Shown here: piece by piece, positions 9,491-20,029 of the stretch
Layout of the letters: each line of letters begins with the position of its first letter
Numbering within the stretch: position 1 is the first letter of the stretch
IMG/VR virus record: IMGVR_UViG_3300008627_000683
Span: 1 to 64,000 of that record
Source: an uncultured virus (IMG/VR IMGVR_UViG_3300008627_000683)
Taxonomy: Duplodnaviria > Heunggongvirae > Uroviricota > Caudoviricetes
Strand: one strand, 5' to 3'
Length of the DNA: 64,000 nt
Program-made: the position numbers and the translations under genes
The notes under the pieces: generated by a model
Seen by the model: only the letters and a program-made list of their open reading frames with translations
What the model was told of the DNA's origin: nothing
The model's database searches: none

Positions 9491-10829
9491 CACTTTTATC
9501 CTTTGGTGTAAAAAACCTTCTAAAAACTGGATATATATCTTTGCTTTGATGAACTCTACCTAATTGTATATTCGACCATTCTTGTGATAACATATAATAT
9601 CTCTTTTCCATACCAGCGCCTGCTACATATTTCAAATCAGCATGTGTCTGACCTGCATTAGGAACAATGCATAAGAATGTAAAATATTGGCAAATAGGTA
9701 AAAGATCGTTGCGTAAAACTTCTGCTACTTTATCATTGTCTGTTGTAAAATTATCACCATCACTTGCCTGGCTAATATAAATGTTCCAGTGTTCTAAATC
9801 ATATCGCTTCTTAATAATTTCATGTGTTAATTCTAATGCTGAACTTACTACTGTGCCGCCACTTTCTTTGCTATTAAAGAATTCATCTTCTGTACATTCC
9901 TTAGCAACAGTATGGTGGCGTATAAACACAATGTCTACCAAGTCATACTTCATATTTAAAAACATATGTAGTAAAATAAAAAAGCGTTTTGCTAAATTCT
10001 TTTCACGTTCTTGCATTGATATTGATACATCTAAAATACAAAACATTACAGCCGCATTTTTAGGCTTTGGTACTTTAGAGAAGTTGTTAAACTTTAGATC
10101 AATTGGATCAATAAACGAGATAGCATTGTATCTTGCTCGTATGCGTTTTATCTCTTCCTCAATCTCTTGCAAACGTAGCCATTCTTGTGTTCTATGATCT
10201 TTGCCTGGTGGCAATGTAGCAAAAAACTCAAGTATTTTATCACGCTCTTCTAGTAGTTCGCGTAATTTTCTTCCCTTAGGCTTTTTAAGAGCCAAACGTC
10301 TGCCAATACTGCGTATCATGCTCTGTTCTAAATTTAGATTGTTTGGTGAGCCTTCATTTACATAACCTGCTCTTTCAACACTAAACTCTTCAATACTTTT
10401 CTTTTGTTTCTCTATTAAATCAGGAAGTTCTAAGTCTTCAAATAATATATCTAAAAATTCATCTTTGTTTATAGAGAATACAAAATCGTCTTCGCCATAT
10501 GCATCATCTGAACCTTCAGATCCGCCGCCGCCTCCTTGGCCACCCTGGGGTGGTTTGCGTATTTTATCGCCAGGAACATATTCTTTATTGCCGGGTAAGA
10601 CATAATCTTTTTCACCTGATTTAGGATCGTATTGGAATTGTGGTTCTTTAATACTTTTAGCAGGAACTTTGACGCGGCTGCCAGACTTTAGATCCTTGAT
10701 AGATCTGTTTTTAATAGTTTCGTCTAAGCTTTCCTTAATATACTTCTTTGACCGCTCAATGAAGCGTTGTCTATTGGAAAGATTCTTTCCCTTAGGATTT
10801 GAACGCCTGTCAATAATATGCTTGGCCAT
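9483..10829 (-). CDS. yeaH: YeaH/YhbH (DUF444) vWA-domain protein
   Basis: IIDRR.NPKGK..NRQRF, Gly-rich linker, MIDAS-like LDVSISM, ESGGTVVSSAL, QASDGDN. Confidence 0.93.
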   Translation of the reverse strand: MAKHIIDRRSNPKGKNLSNRQRFIERSKKYIKESLDETIKNRSIKDLKSGSRVKVPAKSIKEPQFQYDPKSGEKDYVLPGNKEYVPGDKIRKPPQGGQGGGGGSEGSDDAYGEDDFVFSINKDEFLDILFEDLELPDLIEKQKKSIEEFSVERAGYVNEGSPNNLNLEQSMIRSIGRRLALKKPKGRKLRELLEERDKILEFFATLPPGKDHRTQEWLRLQEIEEEIKRIRARYNAISFIDPIDLKFNNFSKVPKPKNAAVMFCILDVSISMQEREKNLAKRFFILLHMFLNMKYDLVDIVFIRHHTVAKECTEDEFFNSKESGGTVVSSALELTHEIIKKRYDLEHWNIYISQASDGDNFTTDNDKVAEVLRNDLLPICQYFTFLCIVPNAGQTHADLKYVAGAGMEKRYYMLSQEWSNIQLGRVHQSKDIYPVFRRFFTPKDKSDD

Positions 10830-10838
10830 GGTAAACCC

Positions 10839-12779
10839 TTAACTTGACTTCTGGGTTCTCATGTACCATTCAACAAGTCTACGAACTTGCCTATCAGTAT
10901 AACCTTTCTCTTCCATACGAGCAACAAAGTCATTGTGCTTTTGTTGGTCATCTTTGTTTTGCTTATTACCAAAGGAAATAATAGGTAGTAGTTCTTCTGT
11001 GGACGCAAACATTTTCTTTTCAATAATCTCGCGTAGTTTTTCATAACTCGACCACTTTGGATTCTTACCTTTGTTTTTTGCTTTTGCTCTCAATACAAAG
11101 TTGACTACTTCGCTACGGAAGTCTTTTGGATTAGCGATACCGGCTGGTTTCTCAATCTTCTCTAACTCCTCGTTTAGTACTTCGCGGCTAAACAAGTTGC
11201 CTGTGTCAGGATCTTTAAAGTCAATCTCTTGAATCCAGTGATCAGCGTATTCAATATAACGATCAAACAAGTTTTGTCCATAATCACTATAACTTTCTAA
11301 ATATGCTTTTTGTATTTCATTACCAATAAAGTCAGCATACTTTGGAGCCAACCATTCTTTAATAAAGTTTGTGAGCGTTTTTTCATTTTCCTCACCAAAC
11401 TGATCGCGTTTAATTGCTTGCTCTAGTACAAACATCAAATGTACTGGATCAGCCGCAATCTCGTTTGTGTCAAAGTTAAACACTTGTGACAGTATCTTAA
11501 ACGCAAAACGTGTTGATGAGCCAGACATGCCTTCGTCTACTCCCGCAACGTCTTTATATTCTTGTAGTGACTTTGCTTGTGGATCAGTGTCTTTTAAATT
11601 CTTGCCGTTATACACTTGCATTTTGGAAAACAAATTACTGTTTTCATGCTCACGCAGTCTACTTAAAATACTATACTGCGATAACATTTCAAGTGTTTGC
11701 GGGGCACATGGATGCTGTGCTAGTCCACTTGAGTCTAGCATCTTTTCGTAAATACTAATCTCTTCATCAATACGTAAGCAGTAAGGAACCTTAACAACAT
11801 ACACACGATCTAGGAACGCTTCGTTGTTTTTGTTGTTCTTAAATGACTGCCATTCTGATTCGTTACTATGTGCTAAAATTGTTCCACTAAACGGAATAGC
11901 ACTAATACCTTCTGTACCCATATAGTTGCCTTCCTGCGTAGCAGTTAGCAATGGGTGTAATACTTTGATTGGTGCTTTAAACATTTCAACAAATTCCATA
12001 AGGCCTTGGTTGCCTTTACATAATGCACCACTAAATGCGTATGAGTCTGGATCGTGTTGTGAGAAGTACTCAAGTTGACGAATATCTGTCTTACCAACCA
12101 ATGAACTAATGTCTTGGTTGTTTTCGTCACCTGGCTCTGTTTTTACTACAGCAATCTGTTTTAGTTTACTTGGCTGTAATTTTACTACTGTAAATTTAGT
12201 AATGTCACCATCAAATTCATCCAAGCGTTTAATTGCCCATGGGCTTAGTAAGCCAGTTAGGTAACGCTTTGATATTTTATATTCTTTCTCAATTTGCTCA
12301 CCATATTTCTCAGGAGAGAACAGAGACAACGGACTTTCAAAAACAGGGCTAATTACATCGCCTGCTTTTAGTACATAAATTGGATGTATTTCCATTAATT
12401 CTTTTAAACGTTCAGCAAGACTCGACTTGCCGCCGCCCACTGGGCCCAACAAATATAATATTTGTTTACGTTCTTCTAAGCCTTGTGCGGCATGTTTAAA
12501 AAATCCAACAATTCTTTCTACGGTATCTTCTAGTCCGTAAAAGTCTTTAAATGCTGGATATACTCGTAATGTTCTGTTCAGGAAGATGCGTGACAACCGT
12601 GGATCTTCCGAAGTATCTATATGCTCTGGGTCCCCAATGGCAGCTAACATTCGTTCTGCTGATGTAGCATATGCGAGTGGGTCCTTCTTACATAGATTTA
12701 GATACTCTTCAAGTGTGAACTCTTGCTCTTTATATGATTGGTAATCTGCAGAGAACTCCTTTAATAGTTTGCTTGCCAT
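10839..12779 (-). CDS. prkA: PrkA/YeaG AAA+ serine protein kinase
   Basis: Walker A GPVGGGKS, TEPGDENNQDISSLVGK, EFVEMFKAP, HSNESEW, IANPKDFR. Confidence 0.96.
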   Translation of the reverse strand: MASKLLKEFSADYQSYKEQEFTLEEYLNLCKKDPLAYATSAERMLAAIGDPEHIDTSEDPRLSRIFLNRTLRVYPAFKDFYGLEDTVERIVGFFKHAAQGLEERKQILYLLGPVGGGKSSLAERLKELMEIHPIYVLKAGDVISPVFESPLSLFSPEKYGEQIEKEYKISKRYLTGLLSPWAIKRLDEFDGDITKFTVVKLQPSKLKQIAVVKTEPGDENNQDISSLVGKTDIRQLEYFSQHDPDSYAFSGALCKGNQGLMEFVEMFKAPIKVLHPLLTATQEGNYMGTEGISAIPFSGTILAHSNESEWQSFKNNKNNEAFLDRVYVVKVPYCLRIDEEISIYEKMLDSSGLAQHPCAPQTLEMLSQYSILSRLREHENSNLFSKMQVYNGKNLKDTDPQAKSLQEYKDVAGVDEGMSGSSTRFAFKILSQVFNFDTNEIAADPVHLMFVLEQAIKRDQFGEENEKTLTNFIKEWLAPKYADFIGNEIQKAYLESYSDYGQNLFDRYIEYADHWIQEIDFKDPDTGNLFSREVLNEELEKIEKPAGIANPKDFRSEVVNFVLRAKAKNKGKNPKWSSYEKLREIIEKKMFASTEELLPIISFGNKQNKDDQQKHNDFVARMEEKGYTDRQVRRLVEWYMRTQKSS

Positions 12780-12884
12780 AATCTTTGCTCCTGTGCTTTA
12801 TGGTTCTTTACTATATTTAGCGTTTTTTATTACGGTAATAAACGCATAATAAATACAAGTACACGTTCGTGATATATCATTGCA

Positions 12885-14333
12885 ATGATTACATTTATAT
12901 TTGAGCCAGATATTCCTTCAAACCAGAAAGAAGAAAAAGAGGTTAAAGCAGGTGGCGCTCCGATTATTTCAAACGGAGCGGGGATAGATAAACATTCATC
13001 GTTACCGTACAGTATTATTTCTAATGCTGTTAGACCCGCCACCTTTAAAGATGCTATCAATAACACTGAAGGTATGCAAGCAAAGTCTCTTAAAGAAGTT
13101 GATTTATCAGCTGACGATATCTATATATACCCCATTTTTACAACAGAATTCTTAAGCGTATTTGGTTATACACATGAATATGAATCAAAATATAAATTTT
13201 TAGATCCTGTAAGAGTAATAATACCATCTATTTTCGAGTTTTTGCCAGATTCTATTATTGACAAAGCAAGAAAAAAGGAATTGTATATTGCTGTTATGTC
13301 AATTTGTGAAGGGAAGTCTTATTATTCTGGCTGGGATTATGTTAAGTTTTCTTGTAACATGCACGGAATTTCTGAATCGCAAATTATACCTGTGTTGTGT
13401 GGTGAGCATAGTGAATATAAAGATGATGTCTTAAATTTTCGCAAAGACTATATACATTTAAATTATTATGCATTGGAGCTCAGTTATAAAATAAAAAAAG
13501 GCTATGAAACTATATTAAACACATTATCAAATGAAAAAAAGAAGCATTTTATTTGTCTTAATTCACAAATAAAACCACATAGATATCACTTAGTGTCAAA
13601 TATTTTTAATAACGATTTAATAAATTATGGATATATATCTTGCCAAAATTATGAAAGTCATGTAAACAATTTTTCACAAATTGAAGGAATCTATCAAATG
13701 AGAGAAGTATTAAGACAAGATGGCGCTAATATTTCTGAATTTTTACAATTTTATTCCACCTTACCTTACACTGTAGATAGTATCAATCAAAACAATTACA
13801 CTAATGCATTGCATTCTTCATGGAATCATGATTCAAAATTATATGACCTTAATATTAACAAGGCCTGTGATATTACTAGTAATCAAATTGATGCTTATTA
13901 TAAAGCTGCTGTAATTGATGTTATAACAGAAACAGCATTAATAGATCACGATATTAAATTTTTAACTGAAAAAACATTTAAAGCAATTATGTATAAAATG
14001 CCTTTTATTATATCCGGAGATAAAGGAAACAATAAAGAACTATTACGACATGGTTTTAAGTTATATGACATGCTCTTTGATTATACATTTGACGATTATG
14101 ATTCATACGTTGATAGAAACAATGCTATCACGAAACAACTTAAAAAGTATTGTGATATGCCACTTAAAGACTTCGTCAATAGAGTACAACAAGATGATGT
14201 TCAGAAAGTAATAGAACATAATTTTACAATGCTAAAAAATAATAATGTGTGGCAGAACTTTGCTAACGACTTGGTGCGACAGCTACTGGGGCATAATAAT
14301 GTATGGCTAAACTTTGATAATGATTTATACTGA
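12885..14333 (+). CDS. putative glycosyltransferase-like protein (GT10/exostosin-like C-terminus)
   Basis: FICLN..KPHR, ITETA...FLTEKTFKAI..KMPFII.G, GFKLYD.LFDYTFD. Confidence 0.5.
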   Translation: MITFIFEPDIPSNQKEEKEVKAGGAPIISNGAGIDKHSSLPYSIISNAVRPATFKDAINNTEGMQAKSLKEVDLSADDIYIYPIFTTEFLSVFGYTHEYESKYKFLDPVRVIIPSIFEFLPDSIIDKARKKELYIAVMSICEGKSYYSGWDYVKFSCNMHGISESQIIPVLCGEHSEYKDDVLNFRKDYIHLNYYALELSYKIKKGYETILNTLSNEKKKHFICLNSQIKPHRYHLVSNIFNNDLINYGYISCQNYESHVNNFSQIEGIYQMREVLRQDGANISEFLQFYSTLPYTVDSINQNNYTNALHSSWNHDSKLYDLNINKACDITSNQIDAYYKAAVIDVITETALIDHDIKFLTEKTFKAIMYKMPFIISGDKGNNKELLRHGFKLYDMLFDYTFDDYDSYVDRNNAITKQLKKYCDMPLKDFVNRVQQDDVQKVIEHNFTMLKNNNVWQNFANDLVRQLLGHNNVWLNFDNDLY

Positions 14334-14344
14334 ACTCTAACCAG

Positions 14345-15664
14345 TTAGTAATAGATTTTATATATTTCTCTTACGTCATATTCAGGGTGATGTTTTTGTA
14401 GTATTTCTAGAGCGTTTCGAATTCTACTATAATCATTTTCTTTATTGAATGTAAAGTTTTTCAAAGATTCAATTAGATTTTTTATTTGTTCAATATCATC
14501 GCTGTAAAAACAACTACTTTTCTTCAGTGTGTGTTCAATTTTCTCTCTGCAATTTTGGACGACATCATAGGGAACTAATCGCAAGTTAAAATCACTGCTA
14601 TCTACCATTTGAACAAGCCCTGCTATACGCACTCTCTTATGCATAGGTATTTTTTTATTTTTTAGATCCATAAAAGAAAGTAGTTCATCTAAATATGGCA
14701 ACGTTAACGCTGTTATAACTATATTAAACGAAACTGGAGTATGATCGCATTCTAGGCCAATCTGTAAATATTGATCAATATTTTTTTCTAGTTTTGTCCA
14801 TTTTACAGGATATCTCTGTAATTCAATCGCCGGGCCTACACTATCAATACTTAATACTAACATAACAAGTTTAAAATGCTTGATGATTTCAATGAATCTA
14901 GGATGAATCATTGTCGTATTTGTAGTTATTACTAATTCTATATTTTTACTGTGATCGCATTCTATCAAATATTCTAAAAATTTTAAATTTTCTAATATTA
15001 TAGTGGGTTCGCCGCCACTTAAATACAATCGAGTAATATTGCTTATTCTTTTTTCTCCAATAATATTTTTTAATCCTATTTTTGAAGGCCAATTATATTT
15101 TTTAAGTTTTTTAGAAGTTCTACTCGCACCCGCGTATTCATTGTCAGGCCTGCCTGTTTCAGAAAGATCATATTTAAATTGGCTTAAATCATCAACGCCT
15201 AGTCTATTAAAAAATCTTCCATAGGTAATACTATAATCACTATTACAAATTTTACATGCCAAGTTACATGTATTTCCAGACTGTATTTGATAAAAATAAG
15301 GATAGCTATCGTCTAATATAAAATTATTTTTAACACTTTTATCAACAACGTCTTGTATGTGAGGATAGCTATCCTCCGCACCAAGCGCCGCCTGGCGAAC
15401 ACTCCACATGCCACGTTCTTCAGAGTCCCAGCAATTCTGACATTCAGGTGCCTTAACTCCATTATATAGATTTTCTCGAAGTTTAAGCATCCTTTTGGAA
15501 TTCCACGCATCATTTAAAGTATGTGTGTTTATGTTATAGTGATTTCCGTTCTCATCCAAGTGGGCATACTCTTTATCGTTACTCGAGGCACAACAAAATT
15601 TTATATCACCATTGGTTTCTATTTCTTGATGGGCCCAGGGATAAGTGCAAAGTGGTTTATTCAT
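14345..15664 (-). CDS. radical SAM protein with N-terminal twitch/SPASM-like domain
   Basis: LC.YPW, CC, C..CW; CNLACKIC; GGEP; SIDS.G...QRYP..W. Confidence 0.85.
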   Translation of the reverse strand: MNKPLCTYPWAHQEIETNGDIKFCCASSNDKEYAHLDENGNHYNINTHTLNDAWNSKRMLKLRENLYNGVKAPECQNCWDSEERGMWSVRQAALGAEDSYPHIQDVVDKSVKNNFILDDSYPYFYQIQSGNTCNLACKICNSDYSITYGRFFNRLGVDDLSQFKYDLSETGRPDNEYAGASRTSKKLKKYNWPSKIGLKNIIGEKRISNITRLYLSGGEPTIILENLKFLEYLIECDHSKNIELVITTNTTMIHPRFIEIIKHFKLVMLVLSIDSVGPAIELQRYPVKWTKLEKNIDQYLQIGLECDHTPVSFNIVITALTLPYLDELLSFMDLKNKKIPMHKRVRIAGLVQMVDSSDFNLRLVPYDVVQNCREKIEHTLKKSSCFYSDDIEQIKNLIESLKNFTFNKENDYSRIRNALEILQKHHPEYDVREIYKIYY

Positions 15665-16301
15665 TATCTTGTATTTTAGATTGGACAAATCTATCTAACC
15701 CTTCGTATGTGTCGTACAGCACATAACGCCACGAATCAAACTCTGCCGGATGTGGATATTCTTCTGGCTTTATAAAAATAAAAGTAATATTATAAAAATG
15801 TTTAAACAATAACTCAAACTGTTTTATCCATTTTTCTGGATTACGTGGTCCTTGCTTTTCGTTTCTATAATGTTCTGTATTTAGATATATGTTATTAGCA
15901 TACTTTTGGTTTTTTCCCTTGCCATAAAAGTCGTAACCCAACAACATAATAACATCTGCTTCTTCTTTTATAGCAGTATAAACAGCATACAATCCACTGC
16001 TCCAATTAATAGGTTGTTGGTATGTTTCTAAACCAAAATAAGGAAGATCGGGCAACACTCTTACTTTATCTTTTGCTAAGTAGTGCGCCCAATCCTTACG
16101 GGTGTAAAAGTTAGAGCGTAAGTGAACGCCATTACTGACTGCTTCTCTTGCCCTAAACTTATTACAGCATATCAAATTGTCAACGTGATTGTCTCGCCAA
16201 ATCGCGCCGCATCCGTATAACGGTCCTATGTCGCGCAACTTTTGTAAATCATAACTTTTGCGTGTCTCACCATTGCCAATACAATATGCTATTTTTTTCA
16301 T
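15657..16301 (-). CDS. DUF115/MptE-like (Maf/sialyltransferase-like fold) protein
   Basis: IGNGETR, YGCGAIWRD, WSSG..A, LLGYDF, NNIY. Confidence 0.55.
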   Translation of the reverse strand: MKKIAYCIGNGETRKSYDLQKLRDIGPLYGCGAIWRDNHVDNLICCNKFRAREAVSNGVHLRSNFYTRKDWAHYLAKDKVRVLPDLPYFGLETYQQPINWSSGLYAVYTAIKEEADVIMLLGYDFYGKGKNQKYANNIYLNTEHYRNEKQGPRNPEKWIKQFELLFKHFYNITFIFIKPEEYPHPAEFDSWRYVLYDTYEGLDRFVQSKIQDNE

Positions 16302-16326
16302 CTGGTAATTACCTTTAAATATTTAT

Positions 16327-16707
16327 ATGAGCGAAGTAACATCCCCAGAAGAAGCAGTAGAAAAAGCAGAAAAAACAGCAACAAGTATCGAAGAACTACT
16401 TCTGAATACTAGTTTAGATGCTACTGAATTTTTATTACCTTGGATTGCAATCCTAGTCAGCGTAATTGCGGCATTAATGGTCAAGGACTGGACTGTTGCT
16501 ATTGTTCGTGGTATACGTTTTAAAATGAGTCCTACTTTTAATCCGGGCGACTTGGTATTACTAGAAGGTGAAGAAGCAGTTATTATATCTATAGGACTTA
16601 TTAGAACTATATTTGAACGAACTGAAAATGGCGCCACTGTTTGGCGTTATGTTCCGAACGAAAGACTTGCGTTTTTAAAACTAGAGAAAGTAGTTAGACC
16701 TGCCTAA
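16327..16707 (+). CDS. minimal MscS-like mechanosensitive channel domain protein
   Basis: TM helix then F.PGD.V...G.EA.I.SIG...T.F and YVPN, the MscS beta-domain pattern. Confidence 0.65.
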   Translation: MSEVTSPEEAVEKAEKTATSIEELLLNTSLDATEFLLPWIAILVSVIAALMVKDWTVAIVRGIRFKMSPTFNPGDLVLLEGEEAVIISIGLIRTIFERTENGATVWRYVPNERLAFLKLEKVVRPA

Positions 16708-16931
16708 GGCTTTATATAATCAAAATAAGAAGAACGTTCTTCTTCTAATTGTCTATTTTTATTATAATGACTATAAACATTATCTAACACACTTTTATGG
16801 CCCAGGCAAGTGACACCATCAATTGGTAAATCACCGCAACTCATCTTAAAGAATTTAATTGCATCTGCATGAGTTTTTGCTGATGTCACATATAGCGTAG
16901 TACCAGATTTTACTTCAAATTGATATTCCAT
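16704..16931 (-). CDS. hypothetical protein
   Basis: 75 aa; TAAATA 5 nt upstream. Confidence 0.55.
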   Translation of the reverse strand: MEYQFEVKSGTTLYVTSAKTHADAIKFFKMSCGDLPIDGVTCLGHKSVLDNVYSHYNKNRQLEEERSSYFDYIKP

Positions 16932-16949
16932 AGAAGTATTTAAGTATGG

Positions 16950-18032
16950 CTAGTCAAAAGTACCAACAAATCCGAAAAAGATTCTATTTTGATAAAAATC
17001 ATCAGTTGTGGTATAGGTATAGTCCATTACAAAGTCTAATGAATTATTATTAGTTTCACTTTCAAGTAAATTAAATGTTCTTCTTGTACCATACATTTGA
17101 TAATTGTCTGTCAAATCCATTCTCAATTCAAAATCATAATTGGTATGTAGATAGTAGGCACCAAATGCAATCAAAGCAACACCTACAACTGCCATGGCAG
17201 TTTCAGCATCTTTGTTTTTCTTCTCAGGCACTTCTTCTGCACCACAAAACGTAATACTTCTGCCGTTACCTGTGCCTATTGCGCCCGCCGCACATGCCGC
17301 ATCACCTAATGCTCTAGCGTTCGCTGATCTACTTTCAAATGAATACTCGGACGCAACAACTGGTTTACCAGTTACTGCAATTGCATGAGCCACCATGGCC
17401 TTTACTTGTTCTGCTGTCTTACCGAAACCTGTCTGTAGAAATACATAGTCTGCATTTGCAAAGTATGCCGGTTTAACGCCCGGCGTTAAATGCACACCAA
17501 CAGGTTTATTTGTTTTACTTTTTAGATGTGCGACTAGTGCCTGTACTTGCGCGGCACTCCAATACTCATCACATTCTAGGCAAGTAACATATCCTGTGAC
17601 TTTGTCATCAAATCTAGCAACCATATTACTAAAGTGTGCCTTCTGGGCCTCCATGGATTGATTTGTGATAGAAGGACTATCATCAGGTGTCAACCATAGA
17701 ACTGGTTTAAGTCCCATGTTATTAAGTTCATCTAGTCTTGTTTCCCAATCGGGTCGAGGACTGATGGCATTGAGATTATAACCACCGCCATTGTCTCCAC
17801 CGTTTCTGGTGTAGAGATAGATGTGAGTATCGCCGTTTGCTTTGGCGGCATTTCGCATACCAGCCTTATTGGCATTGGGGTGAAGATAATTAAGTGTCAT
17901 CCACTTACTATCTAACATCAAAAAACTGGCACTGTGGCCATGTAGTGAATATGCAGGGTCGTATGCATATGTATTGGAAACGCCTAATACCACTAGTATA
18001 AACGCAACCAATGTTGCAATATACTTTTTCAT
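16950..18032 (-). CDS. secreted/membrane-anchored glycoside hydrolase-like (clan GH-A TIM barrel)
   Basis: signal peptide; GLKPVLWL, CLECDEY, TGKPVVASEY; TM helix near residue 280. Confidence 0.45.
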   Translation of the reverse strand: MKKYIATLVAFILVVLGVSNTYAYDPAYSLHGHSASFLMLDSKWMTLNYLHPNANKAGMRNAAKANGDTHIYLYTRNGGDNGGGYNLNAISPRPDWETRLDELNNMGLKPVLWLTPDDSPSITNQSMEAQKAHFSNMVARFDDKVTGYVTCLECDEYWSAAQVQALVAHLKSKTNKPVGVHLTPGVKPAYFANADYVFLQTGFGKTAEQVKAMVAHAIAVTGKPVVASEYSFESRSANARALGDAACAAGAIGTGNGRSITFCGAEEVPEKKNKDAETAMAVVGVALIAFGAYYLHTNYDFELRMDLTDNYQMYGTRRTFNLLESETNNNSLDFVMDYTYTTTDDFYQNRIFFGFVGTFD

Positions 18033-18155
18033 ATAAGAATCCTTGTCGATATTATTATGACTTAATTGAGATTCTTAATAATTGATAAAGTCTGTATAAT
18101 TTATAATAGTATGTTATTATTTAAGTAAAATTTCACAAAGAATAATATACGCATA

Positions 18156-19088
18156 TTATCCTTTAAATTTTGGACATGGATGTATCGTGCCAAACTCACC
18201 CCAAATACCTGGCTCGCCTGTGCCAATGCAAACCCAACCTATAGGTTTGCCCTGTCTTGGCTCAAGGTTCCAAACAATTTCGCCACGTACATGATAACCA
18301 GAGTCTGGTTGAATTTTAGAGGATGACATCGTAGTTTGTGCAAATTTAATATCACCGCGCACTTCTAATTTAGTGCTAGGATCAATAGTGCCAATGCCTA
18401 CATTGCCGTCAGGTGTGATAGTTAGATGGGATTGTTTTTCGGTAGTCATAGCATCTGTGCCCAGATGCATTTTTTCTTTTCTTGCAGTACCTATGTAGCC
18501 TTCACCTTTTTTGCCGTCAATAAAAAGTTCTGCGCCACCTTGTGTAATAACATGTAAAGTAGCGGCGGGCTCTGATGTATTAATACCAATTCTTTGGTCT
18601 GTTGCATTTACCATGAACGTACCATAACCAGCAGAAAGATTGCCCATTACACCAAGTTTTTCCAAATTACCTACACTTCTTAAATTACTATATACAATAC
18701 TTGGTCCCAATTCATTGCGAGATAAGACCTTATCTGCACCCATGTGAATAAAGTTGCCTTTGCCTAAGTGTAAGTCAGTTTCAAATTCGTTTGATGAAAA
18801 AACATAATGTAAATTTTGTACAGTAAGTTTATTACTGACCGTCATCGTTCGTACATTAATATCTGATGCATCAATGTCTGTTACATAAATGCTGTCTACA
18901 CTTAAACCGTCGTTATCTAAATGTAAAACTTGCTGTGTTGCTTCATCTCTAATACCAGTACTAGAAAAATCGGTAATTGTTCCGCCTTTAATATAATCAC
19001 CTGATAAATCATCTTCAGAAAATTTTAAATAATTTACTGTAATTAAATCCGGATGTATTAATGTTTCTAAAGATGCAATGCTTCCCAT
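18156..19088 (-). CDS. tail fibre/structural protein
   Basis: RIGINTSEP and GNVGIGTIDP..KLEVRG repeats; C-terminal GEIVWN...GWVC. Confidence 0.65.
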   Translation of the reverse strand: MGSIASLETLIHPDLITVNYLKFSEDDLSGDYIKGGTITDFSSTGIRDEATQQVLHLDNDGLSVDSIYVTDIDASDINVRTMTVSNKLTVQNLHYVFSSNEFETDLHLGKGNFIHMGADKVLSRNELGPSIVYSNLRSVGNLEKLGVMGNLSAGYGTFMVNATDQRIGINTSEPAATLHVITQGGAELFIDGKKGEGYIGTARKEKMHLGTDAMTTEKQSHLTITPDGNVGIGTIDPSTKLEVRGDIKFAQTTMSSSKIQPDSGYHVRGEIVWNLEPRQGKPIGWVCIGTGEPGIWGEFGTIHPCPKFKG

Positions 19089-19098
19089 AATTTATTCC

Positions 19099-19869
19099 TC
19101 ATCGAGTTATAGATATAATATATTGATTCTCACTACTATACATTGGCTTGTAAATAAGTTTTTTATGTACAACAAAATTGTTCCAGCCCAGTGATGCTGT
19201 ATGATAAGCAAGTTGCTTAAAGAACATTGCTTGGCGATCTACTGGTTCAAATGAATTTAATTCATTCGTAGTTTGATTAATAACGTATGCATAATGACGC
19301 CATTTCTTTCTATCTTCTTGATTCCATTTTCTATTGTTAATAAAGATAAATTCGGAATCATCATTTCTTAGATAAAATGGATCTGCGAATAATTTACTGT
19401 TAAATTTGATATTTTTATAATCCATTAGCGTAGTTAACAATATTCCATCATCATTAAGTAACGTTAGTGAGTCTTGTAGTTGTGAATGTTGGTCGTCTTC
19501 ACTAGTAGAAAATGTATAATACTGATCTAGTGCTAATACACAATCATATTTTTCAATATCTTCATCCATATGGAACTTCATACTAAATGTGTCTAATGGT
19601 GCATTATGGTTGGTAATAGTAACATCATATGCTTCACACAATGCGTTAGCATAATCTATGGCATCAGGATCATCTGAAATATAGCTGACATCGTAACCAC
19701 TGGTGGCGAAATCGACCAAGGAACAATGCCAATTCAAACTAATAATTTTTTTAGGACTAACATTACTTTCTTCAAATGCTTTAAGAATAGTTTCTGTTTT
19801 ACGATTAATTATTTTTTGAATCTTGTCTTTATTAATTAACGTTTTCGCTAAATTATAGAAATCTTTCAA
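19099..19869 (-). CDS. class I SAM-methyltransferase-like (degenerate) protein
   Basis: KYDCVLAL and LNDDGILL motifs; motif I degenerate; TTG start. Confidence 0.45.
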   Translation of the reverse strand: MKDFYNLAKTLINKDKIQKIINRKTETILKAFEESNVSPKKIISLNWHCSLVDFATSGYDVSYISDDPDAIDYANALCEAYDVTITNHNAPLDTFSMKFHMDEDIEKYDCVLALDQYYTFSTSEDDQHSQLQDSLTLLNDDGILLTTLMDYKNIKFNSKLFADPFYLRNDDSEFIFINNRKWNQEDRKKWRHYAYVINQTTNELNSFEPVDRQAMFFKQLAYHTASLGWNNFVVHKKLIYKPMYSSENQYIISITR

Positions 19870-20029
19870 AAGTGTCTCCGGTAAATCTTAATAATAGTTA
19901 AAGTAATTTCTTTATGGTATTTATACAAAATTCCGCAGAAATACGCTATAAGTTTAGCCGTTAAAATACTTTTAGGTTATGAAGTCGTGCAGAAACCCAT
20001 ATAACAAATTGTTATATAGTGTAATTAAT

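Noticed and set aside
14240..14330. Duplicated NNVW.NF.NDL at a C-terminus
   Set aside because: Short degenerate duplication with no evident functional signal
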